Below, one piece after another: positions 21,613-33,061 of a stretch of 64,000 nt of DNA; position 1 is the stretch's first letter, and each line of letters starts with the position of its first letter. Source of the stretch: Nitrososphaeraceae archaeon (GTDB lineage Archaea; Thermoproteota; Nitrososphaeria; Nitrososphaerales; Nitrososphaeraceae); the NCBI GenBank assembly GCA_035297365.1, contig DATGZA010000026.1, positions 1 to 64,000 of the forward strand, given 5' to 3'. The notes below the pieces were generated by a model that ran no database searches, was not told where the DNA came from, and saw nothing but the letters and a program-made list of their open reading frames with translations. The position numbers and the translations under genes are program-made.

Positions 21613-22523
21613 ATGAAATGTAGAAGAAATTATTGTGTTCTAGGCGGAAAATTATGTATACTTTCCTTTTTGACAATATCGTTATTGATTTTTTCTCCTG
21701 CAAGTACTTTCGCAATTACGGATTCACATCTCGATAATGATAATAAAAAAAAGACAGTAGTTTATCATCAAAACTAACAACGATAAGAGCAAAACTCAAC
21801 CTCAAGAATATAACAGACATCGAAAACTATGATCGTATCAAGGTAGTTGGTTATCTAAATGGTGAAGGACAGATTTCGTATCTAGACCTGAAAGATAATC
21901 AAAAGGAAATAAAACAACAACAACCAAATCAGAATTTAAACGTTGATCTCAAGTTTAATCAAAGCAACTACATTTCCAGTGTCATGTTTGATGACGAGTA
22001 TTTTGTATGTGCATATCTGTTAGGCGATAAACAGATGGATAAAACAAATCTCCCAATATATGACTGTGATGAAGGAAATATAGGACTATCAACTGAAGCA
22101 GATACTGTAAAACTCTTTTTTACAATGAAAAAATACAGTGAATCTAATGCATTTTATAACACAAAACTAAATTCTATAGATGACCAAAATCCAGAGAATA
22201 TAAAAATTACCATAATTGTTCCAGTATACGATGCTAAAGATATTGAGGATATGAATGTGGTAGGAATGGTCAAAGGTCTGTATCAGATAAAAACAATCAA
22301 TGTACAGGATGAGTTAAACAAAGGAAGCAAAAACGACCAAATTTTAGTACCCTTTATCTTCGATAGGCAGACAGAAGCTGGGCTAATACAACCAGGTGAT
22401 ATGTTCTTTGGATGTGCAACATCTGATGAATTTCCAAACCAAAATTCAGACTGTGAGAAAAAAATACTGAAAGATCTAAATGGATTGAATTCAATATGTG
22501 CCAGAAAAGACAATACTTGTTGA
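21613..22523 (+). pseudogene. Secreted Cys-containing protein split at an A8 tract
   Basis: ATG 21613 plus signal peptide. The frame changes at A8 (21745-21752); one extra A restores a 303-aa ORF through 22523. Confidence 0.75.
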
Positions 22524-22600
22524 TTCTTAGGAACGTCTATTATCATTGACCAACAAGATATGCGATCGTATGAATAAAGATTGGAAAATCACAATTGAAA

Positions 22601-22643
22601 ATCTCAGATGTAGATGAAATTTTATGTGATCTACATCTGAGAT
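22601..22643. repeat. Perfect 15-bp inverted repeat with a 13-nt loop
   Basis: ATCTCAGATGTAGAT (22601-22615) and ATCTACATCTGAGAT (22629-22643). Confidence 0.9.
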
Positions 22644-22870
22644 CATGTCGAATGACTGGTTTGATCTATTTGCAGTGACAATGCCAACGTCTTCCAGACG
22701 TCGCTATAGTTAGGTAAGCCTAATATATAATCATATATTTGATTCCAATTTTGGAAAATAAAGAAATTATTAAGGAAATCCTTTTCCTTAGTTTTGGTAA
22801 AAATATATCTGTCAATATAGAAAATTGTATAAAGGTTAAAATATTTCCATGATATTTACACAAATAACAC

Positions 22871-23302
22871 ATGAGAGTAATTCTGCTTTCTCTTATAACG
22901 AGTGTAGCAATACTTTCTATTTCTATCCCTTTGTTTTTTGGGAATTCAGTATTTGCACAGAATACAACCGCAACAAAAGCCATAGGCGCATCAATGCCTT
23001 ACTATCTTTTTCCAGCTGAGATAGAAGGAGTTGAAGAAGAAATTTTAAAACTCCCACATGATGCTTTTACATTGCAAACAATTGTTGCAAAGAAAGGGGA
23101 GAATGTAACTATAAAATTCTACAATACTGAAGCAAATGAAGCACATACATTTACTTTAGACGCTCCATATAATATCAATGAAGATCTGAAAGGAGGACAA
23201 AATTCAACCATTAATTTTGTTGCGGATAAAGAAGGAATATTTACCTACTACTGTATATATCATCTGCCAACTATGACAGGAAAATTAGTTGTATTACCAT
23301 AA
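22871..23302 (+). CDS. Secreted cupredoxin-domain protein
   Basis: Signal peptide; HTF...G.FTYYCIYHLPTMTG. Confidence 0.88.
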   Translation: MRVILLSLITSVAILSISIPLFFGNSVFAQNTTATKAIGASMPYYLFPAEIEGVEEEILKLPHDAFTLQTIVAKKGENVTIKFYNTEANEAHTFTLDAPYNINEDLKGGQNSTINFVADKEGIFTYYCIYHLPTMTGKLVVLP

Positions 23303-24151
23303 CATAAAGCACAATCTCAATAATAACGAAATTTCATTATTCATTCTTTTTTCTAGAATTAGAAATTAATTAATCATTACTCTAGCGATATACAGAATTA
23401 ATTCATTGATTGATTAATCCTAAAGGGATTAAACTAACTAGATAACCGAGCAGTTTAATGAAATAATACTATCTGACAATATCATATTTCAGCACCTGCT
23501 AGTCAAATTTGTTAATAACAGATAGTACATTTAAAGTCATATCTTTTATGTATTTCTAGATTCTTAATTTTACTGATTAATTCAATGGATTATATACATT
23601 CATTCAGGAACGATAAATGAAGTTACTTTTCTGTATAAAATTTGTTATAGTGATTTTGTTAATATCAAATTTATAGCAAAACAGGAACGATAACCGTCAT
23701 ATTCATGATAATGGAAACCATGATTCAGATTGGAGATCATTATTATTTGTTATAGCTTTTCATAATAAGCTCATAAACTATTACTAATATCAAAATTTCA
23801 GATATATTTGTAATTACTCCGTTTATGTTATCTGTTATCTATTATCTACATGAATGTGATTTTCTATACATGAAATTATATTACATTACGCATTAAAAAA
23901 GTTTCATTGAAATAGTCATAATATATTTTAAACATAAATATGGATCTTTCCTAATTATTATTCCATACATCAACAAGAAAAAGAATATGAAGTGAGATTT
24001 GTCAATCTTTCATTGGATTGAACCGCTTATCGCCAGATACAATGCTATATAAGAAATATAATTTCATATTTAGAATCCTGAATTTATCTTAAGACTTTTA
24101 TAAAATACAACCCATAAATACGGACTTATCTCATTGTTTAAAATCTGTAGC

Positions 24152-24730
24152 TCACTTCCATTCCCACATAACAAACGTACCTAGATCATTATTTTTGTTT
24201 AACTCTGTCTTGTAAATACCTACCATATTACTAAGAAGAGAAAGACTTCCTGTTGCATTTGAACTAAAGAATACAGCTCCTTTACTTTTTTGTAACTCTT
24301 CTTCAGAATGTCCTACTGCTTGAAAAAAGTATGATGCATGTCCACCATCTTCTGTTTCTGTTGAAATAAAAGCTCTTCCAATAATCGATTGTATCATTTG
24401 TGGTTGAGGAATCGAAACTCCCTCTCCAAAAAGATTAACTTTTATTTCATTAACAGTTCCATTGCCTGAAAAAACGAATTGAGTTGCATTCTCTCCATGC
24501 ATAACAATCGGTCTTTTATATAAAATCGAATATTTTTCTACAAATATTGGTTCCCCTGTTTGAACAGAATTATTTTTTGAAGACTCCATGATATTGTCAT
24601 TAGGCTGTCTATTGTCGGTCTGTGATAGAGATGCATTCGTTGAAAAAATCAATGATATAATCATAATTGTTAATATTAACATAATACCATTTCGAGTAAC
24701 TGATATATCTTTAGAATTTTGAAATCTCAT
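24152..24730 (-). CDS. Secreted hypothetical protein (beta-rich)
   Basis: N-terminal TM/signal segment and a clean ORF. Confidence 0.7.
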   Translation of the reverse strand: MRFQNSKDISVTRNGIMLILTIMIISLIFSTNASLSQTDNRQPNDNIMESSKNNSVQTGEPIFVEKYSILYKRPIVMHGENATQFVFSGNGTVNEIKVNLFGEGVSIPQPQMIQSIIGRAFISTETEDGGHASYFFQAVGHSEEELQKSKGAVFFSSNATGSLSLLSNMVGIYKTELNKNNDLGTFVMWEWK

Positions 24731-24938
24731 TAATTTATTTTGTTTTACAATCTATTTATGTTTGTATGGATGATGTTAAATTTTTTTTATTGAAATAATT
24801 AAATTTTTATTTTATTTTGATAAACGATATATAAAAATATATAATAAATCTCGAATTTGTTTTTAGATATTAAATCATTTACTTTTAAGCGCAATACCAC
24901 ATCTTGAATTCATTTTAATGTAATGAATAGAATAATAA

Positions 24939-25514
24939 TCATCTTCTATGCTTCTCTACAATTTTTCTTATTCTTTCCCGTTCCTCTTGGCTAGGTTTTA
25001 CCAAGGGCTGTAATGACCAATATTTTCTATCATGATAAATCAACGATTTTTTTTCTGGATTCTGTACCGCATATACTACTTCACCAATAAACATAATATG
25101 ATCTCCAAATTTTATTTCTCTTATAAGCTTACATTCAACATTCAATGAAGCTCTATCTAACATTAAAGATTTGATTTTTTTTGCTTGGTAGAATTCAAAT
25201 CCTAATTCTTTTAAAGCTTCAATCTTATTGTAATTAATTCCACTATATCCACCTGCCACACTAGCTATCACGGATTGATCTAGTGCACATAGGTTCACAC
25301 CAAACTCTTTAGATATCTTGATATTTTTAACTGTGGCTTTCGTGGGACCTAAAGAGATTGCTATTAAACCCGGATCATACGAAATGTGATGTGTCCATTC
25401 ACAAGCCATTATATCATTACCATAACGACCATTTGATGTTATCAAGCCAATAGTCGTTGCAAATTTGTTTGAACATGGATCGTTCCATGGCAATTTCATA
25501 TAATACAACCTCAA
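24939..25514 (-). CDS. Flavin reductase-like (split-barrel) protein
   Basis: GLITS, ISYDPGLIAISL, EFGVNL, ECKL..GDHIMFIGEV. Confidence 0.9.
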   Translation of the reverse strand: MRLYYMKLPWNDPCSNKFATTIGLITSNGRYGNDIMACEWTHHISYDPGLIAISLGPTKATVKNIKISKEFGVNLCALDQSVIASVAGGYSGINYNKIEALKELGFEFYQAKKIKSLMLDRASLNVECKLIREIKFGDHIMFIGEVVYAVQNPEKKSLIYHDRKYWSLQPLVKPSQEERERIRKIVEKHRR

Positions 25515-26269
25515 AATAAAAGATTTTAATCTTTCTTGGTTTTAGCCTATCAAAAATATTAATTCTGTTCCTATTGCTTACAATCATTTCATACTGATGG
25601 GGTCTGATAACCTGATTGTTGTAGGGATAATTTGTATTATAAATTTAGTAATTTAATATATTACAAAAACACTCTCTTTTGGCTCATCATCTTGAAGTTA
25701 TATGTTTGTGTTAGATTCATTTGAATGAAATTCATAAACGCAATCCTTAAAATATTTATAAAATACCATTGATTGTCAAGACCATTTTGTCGTCAGAAAG
25801 TCTACTTTAAGATAGCTAATTATTTTGGAATTGGATACAAACTCAGTATTCAATGGCCCACAATACTAATCTAAAATCTTTATCACGAGATAATGTCGGA
25901 TATTTACATGCGACAAAATTATATTAACACTATATCGTGTTTTCTTGGAGAACAAGTCATTGTTGATAAATAAAATAAAATGATTTATCTTAATTTAATA
26001 TATTTTTCAATCTTTCTCAAGGTGATTTTATTATTATTAATTCAATCCAGATCCTTATGATTTTTTCAATTGCTTAAATCAGTTACTGTTAACAGTATTT
26101 TTTTCTTCAACTAAGTCAATGATATAATAACTTTAAATTAAACGGAAAACTGGAATATACGCATTTTACCTATTTAATAAATAATAATTATACATAGAAC
26201 TTTTATTAATGTCCGAACATATACAATTAGATATGAATAATATTAGAAAATTTGGGAGAGTAAAAATAT

Positions 26270-26692
26270 ATGTTTTTTGATATATTCATAATTGTTAGAG
26301 TTTTCAGTATACTTTACACATGGTTAGATCACAATATAGTAGATAGTGTTTTGAACTTTAGTAAGGCATTTGGGAATATGTTAGTTTTGATGGGTGTAGT
26401 TATATTTTTTCTTGTAATTGTATACATTACAATAAAAAATTTCAAGAAATTACCCAAGTTTTATATGATAAAGATTATAGATATCAATGGGAACGATATA
26501 ATTCTGGAAGGAATAAGAACACGATTTCTAACATACGATGCTGCTAAACATTATTCAGAATTTTACGAGGATATTTATAAGAAACAATACAAGTTCCATG
26601 TAGTTGGTAGCAATAAAAGATATGATTTAGGATTTATTGATGTTGCATCATTATCTAGGGGAGTTTTTAAGCAGAATAGAGATAATTCATAA
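26270..26692 (+). CDS. Membrane-anchored hypothetical protein
   Basis: TM helix followed by a soluble domain. Confidence 0.6.
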   Translation: MFFDIFIIVRVFSILYTWLDHNIVDSVLNFSKAFGNMLVLMGVVIFFLVIVYITIKNFKKLPKFYMIKIIDINGNDIILEGIRTRFLTYDAAKHYSEFYEDIYKKQYKFHVVGSNKRYDLGFIDVASLSRGVFKQNRDNS

Positions 26693-27128
26693 TAAGACCA
26701 AAAATAAAGGAAATATGGAAACAGATTCAAACTAGTAGGTGAGGATACAAATCTTCATATAAATCGATGATTATGTAAATAAAAATTTGGTAATGCATTT
26801 AAAAAACTTTCAAATATCAGTACGGTTTTACTTTATGTGAGAGTTAACAGTCCCAAATTAGACTAAAAATATATATTTAAAACGTTTATTATTATAGTCA
26901 TGAAAAGAATCTGTTGAGATAAATTTTGGGATTTCTTTTAATAATTTCCTCTAAATTAGAGAATTTCTTCTGATAATAAAAAGAAATTCATATATAAAAT
27001 TAAAAAATTAATATAAACTTGAGTACAACAACTAATAAACAAAGCTTTATCATATTTACAATAATCTACCCAAACAAGAATACATTAAAGCCTACGCCCA
27101 GATAAATGGATGGAAGTTAGGATAGAAA

Positions 27129-28025
27129 TTGAAAAAATTTTTAGAAAAGTTTAACTTTAAGAAATTGATATTAAACATGATGAGAATAAATTTATCATTT
27201 CAAATTTTACTTTCCATTTTGGGAATTTTCATTTCTATTGGCTTAATTAATTTAAATATACTGTATGGTCAAATTGATAAACCCATATCAGATCAAAATT
27301 CCAATGAATTACCATACAAAATATTATTACAAAATAAGACAACAAATTACTATAATGATGCTATAGGCTATTTAGTATATCCATCAGTTTTAAATGCTAC
27401 AGGCAATGGACATAAATTCCCGGCTGTAATAATGATTCATGAATGGTGGGGATTAAATGATAATATTAAAAAAACAGCAAATAAACTATCTAAAGAAGGA
27501 TATGTAGTACTTGCAGTAGATCTTTATAATGGAAAGGTAACAAATGATCCAGATCGTGCAAGAGAATTATCAGGTATCGTGAGAGCAAATCCAGAGGAAG
27601 CAATTACTAATCTTAAAGCAGCAGTTGGGTTTCTTGGCTCACTCGAAAACGTAGACAAATCAAGAATTGCATCTCTCGGTTGGTGTTTTGGAGGGGGTCA
27701 GTCCTTACAATTAGCATTAAACAGTCAACAACATCCCTTAAATGCAACAATTATTTATTATGGTAATTTGATAACTGATAAACAATCACTATCAAAGATC
27801 CATTGGCCAGTCTTGGGAATATTCGGTGATAAGGATACTTCTATTCCTGTTGAACAGGTAAATCAATTCAAAAATGCATTAGATGCTAACAAAATTGTAA
27901 ACGAAATTTATATCTACAAAGATGTTGGACATGCTTTTGCAAATCCGTCTAATGAAAATTATGCACCCAAGGAAACAGCAGATGCATGGCAAAAAACACT
28001 AGATTTCTTGAATAAATATCTATAA
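27129..28025 (+). CDS. Secreted dienelactone hydrolase family protein
   Basis: HEWWGLN, GWCFGG nucleophile elbow, FGDKD, GHAF. Confidence 0.92.
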   Translation: MKKFLEKFNFKKLILNMMRINLSFQILLSILGIFISIGLINLNILYGQIDKPISDQNSNELPYKILLQNKTTNYYNDAIGYLVYPSVLNATGNGHKFPAVIMIHEWWGLNDNIKKTANKLSKEGYVVLAVDLYNGKVTNDPDRARELSGIVRANPEEAITNLKAAVGFLGSLENVDKSRIASLGWCFGGGQSLQLALNSQQHPLNATIIYYGNLITDKQSLSKIHWPVLGIFGDKDTSIPVEQVNQFKNALDANKIVNEIYIYKDVGHAFANPSNENYAPKETADAWQKTLDFLNKYL

Positions 28026-28766
28026 TTAAGAGTTATTTTTTTGAATTATCGGTGTATAAAAGAAATATAATAATATGATAAATAGGTTGGCAAATGATAT
28101 TATTATTTTTTCGGAATATAGCTTCACAAAATTCAATTAATTAATATAAATCATCATCATCATTATTATTATAATTATAGTGCACGCATAGTAATACATT
28201 CTAATTTCTCAATGAAATGTATCAAGTGTAAATGTGATATACTGGTTTACAAAAATTCATTTAAAAATTCTTTGGATAAAAAATGTTTATTATACTTGAA
28301 ATTGATATTTTCCAATATCACAAAATACACGCAATTACGTTTGCTAGTATTAGAACTCCTAGATAGCATGGTAATGATATTAGGTGAAATAAACATAATG
28401 ACAGATAGCTTTTACTCTTGATAGATGATAATAATAAAATCTGATTAGAAATATAGGCTAATTAGTATAATAAATCAATATTTATCGAGTGATGATAGAA
28501 CAGCCATCTTAATTATTATTTTTCATATGTCATGCCACAATTGAGAAGACTTCTAACTTTCAATATTAAAGTTAAATTAACCTGTAATAATATTTTTCTC
28601 TGAAATGATTTAAATATTTTAATACAACATAAATTGCACAAATGTAATTCTTTTGTGTTAATAATGAATAAATAAATAAAATCTAATTAATATGTAAACA
28701 TTCGTATGACTTTAACATGCCTATTACAGTAATAATTGTTAAATCCCATGTTGACTATTATATCAC

Positions 28767-28949
28767 ATGCCATCCAATTTAGAAAAAGCATATCAATGTG
28801 AGGCCTGTGACATGGATTTTAGTACAGAAGAAGAACAAAATAAACATAGAAATGAGAAACATTCTAATGACAACGTGCCATCCAATTTAGAAAAAGCATA
28901 TCAGTGTGAGGCCTGTGACATGGACACTAGCACAGAAGAATATAAATGA
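28767..28949 (+). CDS. C2H2-type zinc-finger micro-protein with a degenerate tandem copy
   Basis: CEAC...H....H. A 108-bp unit is repeated at 28767 and 28875; the second copy loses the His ligands. Confidence 0.65.
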   Translation: MPSNLEKAYQCEACDMDFSTEEEQNKHRNEKHSNDNVPSNLEKAYQCEACDMDTSTEEYK

Positions 28950-29132
28950 CATAAAAAATAGCATATTGATAGTTAAACCAAATTTCTATTTTTCCTTTAG
29001 AATTAACATCTACTGTAATTTGAGTAATCAAAATAGATATATCGTGATAAAAAGATTTGGGAATTAATATTGACAAGGAATTCGAGGTAACTATTAAGAC
29101 AGTAGAATAACAATGATAAATTAGTGATAAAA

Positions 29133-29309
29133 TTATTTACTATCTTTTTTTTTCTGTTGAGTTATAACATCTTTATCTTTCATGATTTCTTTTTTTATTC
29201 TATCTGATATCTCATCATCTTCTTCCTCTTCCGAATTTTCAGATTTCCCAACCATGTTTGATTCATCATAATTAAATTCATTTTCCCCCTTGTTATCAAT
29301 TGAGGACAT
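29133..29309 (-). CDS. 58-aa highly charged micro-protein (not in ORF track)
   Basis: MSSIDNKGENEFNYDESNMVGKSENSEEEEDDEISDRIKKEIMKDKDVITQQKKKDSK. Confidence 0.4.
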   Translation of the reverse strand: MSSIDNKGENEFNYDESNMVGKSENSEEEEDDEISDRIKKEIMKDKDVITQQKKKDSK

Positions 29310-29684
29310 TTGTTAATATATATTTTAATATACTTTTATTTTTTTTTGTGGATTCTTATATAAATATTCTGAGGAACTATAATAGCTAATTTAATGATAA
29401 AATACAAATAGATTCTTGAATCTTAATTTATTGTTACCGAATAGTAAAATGAAATTATTGTTCGTACACAATTTGTATTATAAATAAATACAAATACAAA
29501 TAAAGTATTAATAGAAATAGTTACAGTCCACTTTATATTGTAGATCATGCTACAGACTATGGTTTAATCTGTTGATATTTGTATAATAAGCTGATCATTG
29601 AAAGAATTATTAAATTAACAGCCTACAAAAATGAAATATGTAACAAGCAATTTTACAAAAAAATGGTAAGAATAATCTAAGGGA

Positions 29685-30905
29685 TTGATATTATTATTTC
29701 AATTGACATCTGTATGGGAAGAATTGGATGAATGGGGGCCTGAAAAGGTTCTGCAGGTTTATGATCCTGATACAAATATGAAAGGAGTTTTAGTTATTGA
29801 TAATACCGCAACAGGTCCAGGAAAGGGAGGGATACGTTTTGCTCAAAGTGTTACACCATTAGAAATTTTTAGGCTTGCCAGGACCATGACATGGAAATGT
29901 GCTGCAGCTGGACTTCCGTTTGGTGGTGCCAAAGGTGGTATTATTGCTGACCCAAATTCTGTAAATAGGGTATCCTGGATGAAATCATTTGCAAAAATGA
30001 TTAAACCTTATTGTCCTTCTCAATATATAGCTGCAACAGATGTAGGTACAACAGAACTTGATATGGCAGTTTTTGCACATGAAATAGGTGATATGCGGGC
30101 ATGTACTGGAAAACCATCTGAGCTTGGTGGTATTCCGCATGAGCTTGGAACTACTGGATATGGAGTAAGTGTAGCAGTAAAAACATCCCTTGAAATGCTA
30201 GAGGAATTAAAAATTACGCAAATACCAAAAAAGAAACAGATAAAGGTTTGCATTCAAGGATTTGGAAATGTAGGATCCTTTACTGCCAAATTTCTTGATC
30301 AAATGGGGATTAAGGTAGTGGGAATAAGCGATGTTTCGGGATTTATTTACAGCAAAGATGACAATGGGTTGAATATTCCCAAACTAATGAAGGATATGAA
30401 GGGAAAAGCAAAGCTTTCAGATCTAAAAGATTATGATTATAATCTAAGAGATAATAATGAATTATTTGAAATTGATCTAGATATTTTTATTCCTGCAGCT
30501 ATGGGGGGTGTCATAAATAACAAAACGGCATCAAAATTACTTGAAAATGGTGTTAAAATGGTTGTTGAAGCAGCAAATATTCCTACTACATCTGATGCAT
30601 GCGAATATTTACATGAGAATGGGGTTTGGATTATACCTGATTTCCTAGCCAATGCAGGAGGTGTTATTGGATCCTTTGTAGAATATCAAGGAAGAACAGA
30701 AAAGGAAGCATTTGATCTTATTGAATACAAAATAACCAAAAATATAAAAGAAGTACTCACAGAGGCAATTATGAAAAAAGAGAATCCAAGGAAAGTAGCT
30801 ACAGAAATATCAAAACAAATAGTATACAGAGCCATGTTGTTGAGAAAAGGTGCAATAAGTGTAGCACGTGAAGCTTATGATAGAAAGGATAGGATATCAA
30901 TATAA
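29685..30905 (+). CDS. gdhA: Glu/Leu/Phe/Val dehydrogenase (probable glutamate dehydrogenase)
   Basis: GPGKGGIRF, GGAKGG, QGFGNVG, EAAN, PDFLANAGGV. The true start may be the TTG at ~29703. Confidence 0.88.
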   Translation: MILLFQLTSVWEELDEWGPEKVLQVYDPDTNMKGVLVIDNTATGPGKGGIRFAQSVTPLEIFRLARTMTWKCAAAGLPFGGAKGGIIADPNSVNRVSWMKSFAKMIKPYCPSQYIAATDVGTTELDMAVFAHEIGDMRACTGKPSELGGIPHELGTTGYGVSVAVKTSLEMLEELKITQIPKKKQIKVCIQGFGNVGSFTAKFLDQMGIKVVGISDVSGFIYSKDDNGLNIPKLMKDMKGKAKLSDLKDYDYNLRDNNELFEIDLDIFIPAAMGGVINNKTASKLLENGVKMVVEAANIPTTSDACEYLHENGVWIIPDFLANAGGVIGSFVEYQGRTEKEAFDLIEYKITKNIKEVLTEAIMKKENPRKVATEISKQIVYRAMLLRKGAISVAREAYDRKDRISI

Positions 30906-31887
30906 CGATTGCTTGTTATCAATATCATTACGTTTCTCTTTAATGTATTGTATTTTGTTAGTGTCTCCATTTGGACTATTGGAAATTATATATGCAGAAT
31001 CATTAAAATCTTGGACGATTGGAAGTCCCATGCCTACACCTAGAACAGAAGTTGCCGGTACTAGCATCGGAAATAATATTTATGTTATTGGTGGACTTGA
31101 TTCATCAGGTAGATTGTTAAATACGGTTGAAGTTTATAATATTGATAATGATTCTTGGAAGTCAGTAGCACCATTACCACAGCCACTACATCATACTGCT
31201 GCTTCTAGTTTTAATAACAAAATATATATTATTGGTGGATATTCGACAAGTATTGTTAATTGGGTCCCAAGCGACAAGTTATTTATATATGACCCATTAT
31301 TAGACAAATGGATAGAAGGTAAACATATGCCCACTGCAAGAGGCGCAATGACTGCAAATTTTGTAGATGGAATCATGTATGTTATTGGTGGTTATGGTTC
31401 TTCTAAAATACTGGATATAAATGAAGCGTACAATCCATTGACTAATGACTGGGAATTTAATAAAACGTTAATGCCTACTCCAAGACATCATGCGGCATCA
31501 ACAGTAGTTGATGACAAGTTGTTTATAATAGGTGGGAGAATAGTTGGTCTTTATCCTATCGTTAATTCCAATTTAAATGAAAGATACGATCCTAAAGAAG
31601 ATAAATGGATAACCCTTGAATCAATGCCTTTCAAAAGAAGTGGAATTAGTTCTGCGTCAATAAATGGTAGTATATACGTTTTTGGAGGCGAAGATGTTAC
31701 TAAAACATTTAACAACAATGAAAAATATGACGTAAAAAGTAACAAATGGCTATCTTTAGAACCATTACCCACTGCTCGCCATGGATTGGCTGCTGTCTCG
31801 ATTAACGATACTATATTTGTAATAGGAGGAGGACCAGAATCGGGATTGAGTGTTACTAATGTAAATGAAATTTTTAATGTTGAATAG
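30868..31887 (+). CDS. Secreted Kelch-repeat beta-propeller
   Basis: Six repeats of the form P.PT.R...IYVIGG...E.Y.....W. Confidence 0.92.
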   Translation: MKLMIERIGYQYNDCLLSISLRFSLMYCILLVSPFGLLEIIYAESLKSWTIGSPMPTPRTEVAGTSIGNNIYVIGGLDSSGRLLNTVEVYNIDNDSWKSVAPLPQPLHHTAASSFNNKIYIIGGYSTSIVNWVPSDKLFIYDPLLDKWIEGKHMPTARGAMTANFVDGIMYVIGGYGSSKILDINEAYNPLTNDWEFNKTLMPTPRHHAASTVVDDKLFIIGGRIVGLYPIVNSNLNERYDPKEDKWITLESMPFKRSGISSASINGSIYVFGGEDVTKTFNNNEKYDVKSNKWLSLEPLPTARHGLAAVSINDTIFVIGGGPESGLSVTNVNEIFNVE

Positions 31888-31928
31888 GAATAATTTTTAA
31901 CGCTGAATCTAGCTGTAGGAAGTGATTG

Positions 31929-32075
31929 AAAGATACTTTAGAGAACTCTCCATCCATCCTTGTGGATTTTCCAGTGCTATCTGAAGATAAGATTCTTTTG
32001 TTCTTTATCTACGAACCATATTCTTGCAGAATGTGCGTTAAAATATTATACTACATATTCTACAGTTTTTTTTGA
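31929..32075 (-). pseudogene. GAF-domain fragment
   Basis: YFNAHSARIWFVDKEQKNLIF, then after a frameshift STGKSTRMDGEFSKVS. Confidence 0.5.
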
Positions 32076-32258
32076 AGCTGTTGATTCAAATTGCCATTTC
32101 TCTACCAAGAATGGAATATAACATTTTAACGACTAGCACTCTTACATGAAATATCTACAAATTGATCTATTGTTTGTATTAATAAATGACGATATAAACA
32201 GGTTATATTTAAAATTTAGATTATCGATGTATCTAAGTTTTTGATTTAGTGTACAGTA

Positions 32259-32963
32259 TCAATTAAAGAAAAGCTTATGCACATTTTCCTTTGTGATATG
32301 AAGTTTGTAGACATCGTCTTGTTTTATTATGAAAACTTGGTCATGTCCTTCAAACAATTCTACAAGATCTTTTATCTCTGAGCTTAGCAGAGTTGCAGTC
32401 TTGTAAGTACAATACATAAGTCCAGGAATTCTACTATCATCATAGGCTTTTTCGATTGTCAAGGCTTGTTGTAATGAAGATTTTGCTATATCATTTATAA
32501 GAAAATCAATGCAACAAATTTGGTTCTTATTGGTATGACCTGCTATATTTTCCATGACCTTAGTACAATATTTCATAATACTTTTATTATTTTGACCTGG
32601 TTTATGCTTTTGTTGTTTAAGTGCTCCATCATCTTCATAATAATATGGCATTACCGTTCCATCGTACCAATTTAATCTGGATAGGAGGGTAGTAGAACTA
32701 GTGGAGGGTGGACCACAAAAACATCTAAATAAATCACTCTCTTTTGCAAGTCTATCCATAGCCTTTAGTAACCCTAATATGGAATCATCGTCAGAATAAA
32801 TTACGAGATAATGTTTTTTTGGAATATCTGATTGCTGATTAAGCCATTTGTCAACTGCATCCTTTACAATTGAATTTATAGATACTCTCTTCTCTTTAGC
32901 TAATTCCGATAATTGTGAATGGATTTGATCGTCAAATCCTCTAATTAGTAAATCACGAGTCAT
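32259..32963 (-). CDS. RHH DNA-binding domain fused to a putative sensory (MEDS-like) domain
   Basis: LLIRGFDDQIHSQLSELAKEKRVSINSIVKDAVDKWL is an RHH. Then KHYLVIYSDD..., A..IE..YD.....GLMYCTY..., HDQVF. Confidence 0.7.
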   Translation of the reverse strand: MTRDLLIRGFDDQIHSQLSELAKEKRVSINSIVKDAVDKWLNQQSDIPKKHYLVIYSDDDSILGLLKAMDRLAKESDLFRCFCGPPSTSSTTLLSRLNWYDGTVMPYYYEDDGALKQQKHKPGQNNKSIMKYCTKVMENIAGHTNKNQICCIDFLINDIAKSSLQQALTIEKAYDDSRIPGLMYCTYKTATLLSSEIKDLVELFEGHDQVFIIKQDDVYKLHITKENVHKLFFN

Positions 32964-33005
32964 GTTTATTTTAATATCTTCAAGTTATATATATTTTGTT
33001 AATTT

Positions 33006-33058
33006 GATATCATGATATCTATATTAAAACATTTATATAATGCTATCATGATATCATT
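33006..33058. promoter_or_regulatory. Twin palindromic operators flanking the osmC-like TATA box
   Basis: GATATCATGATATC (33006-33019, perfect), TTTATATAA (33032-33040), AATGCTATCATGATATCATT (33039-33058, one mismatched pair). Confidence 0.7.
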
Positions 33059-33061
33059 CTT

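Noticed and set aside
28212-28421. 69-aa ORF starting MKCIKC
   Set aside because: No second ligand pair and low-complexity composition.
29471-29495. ATTTGTATT/AATACAAAT inverted repeat upstream of gdhA (similar 9-bp IRs at 26961 and ~52720)
   Set aside because: Short AT-rich arms expected by chance.
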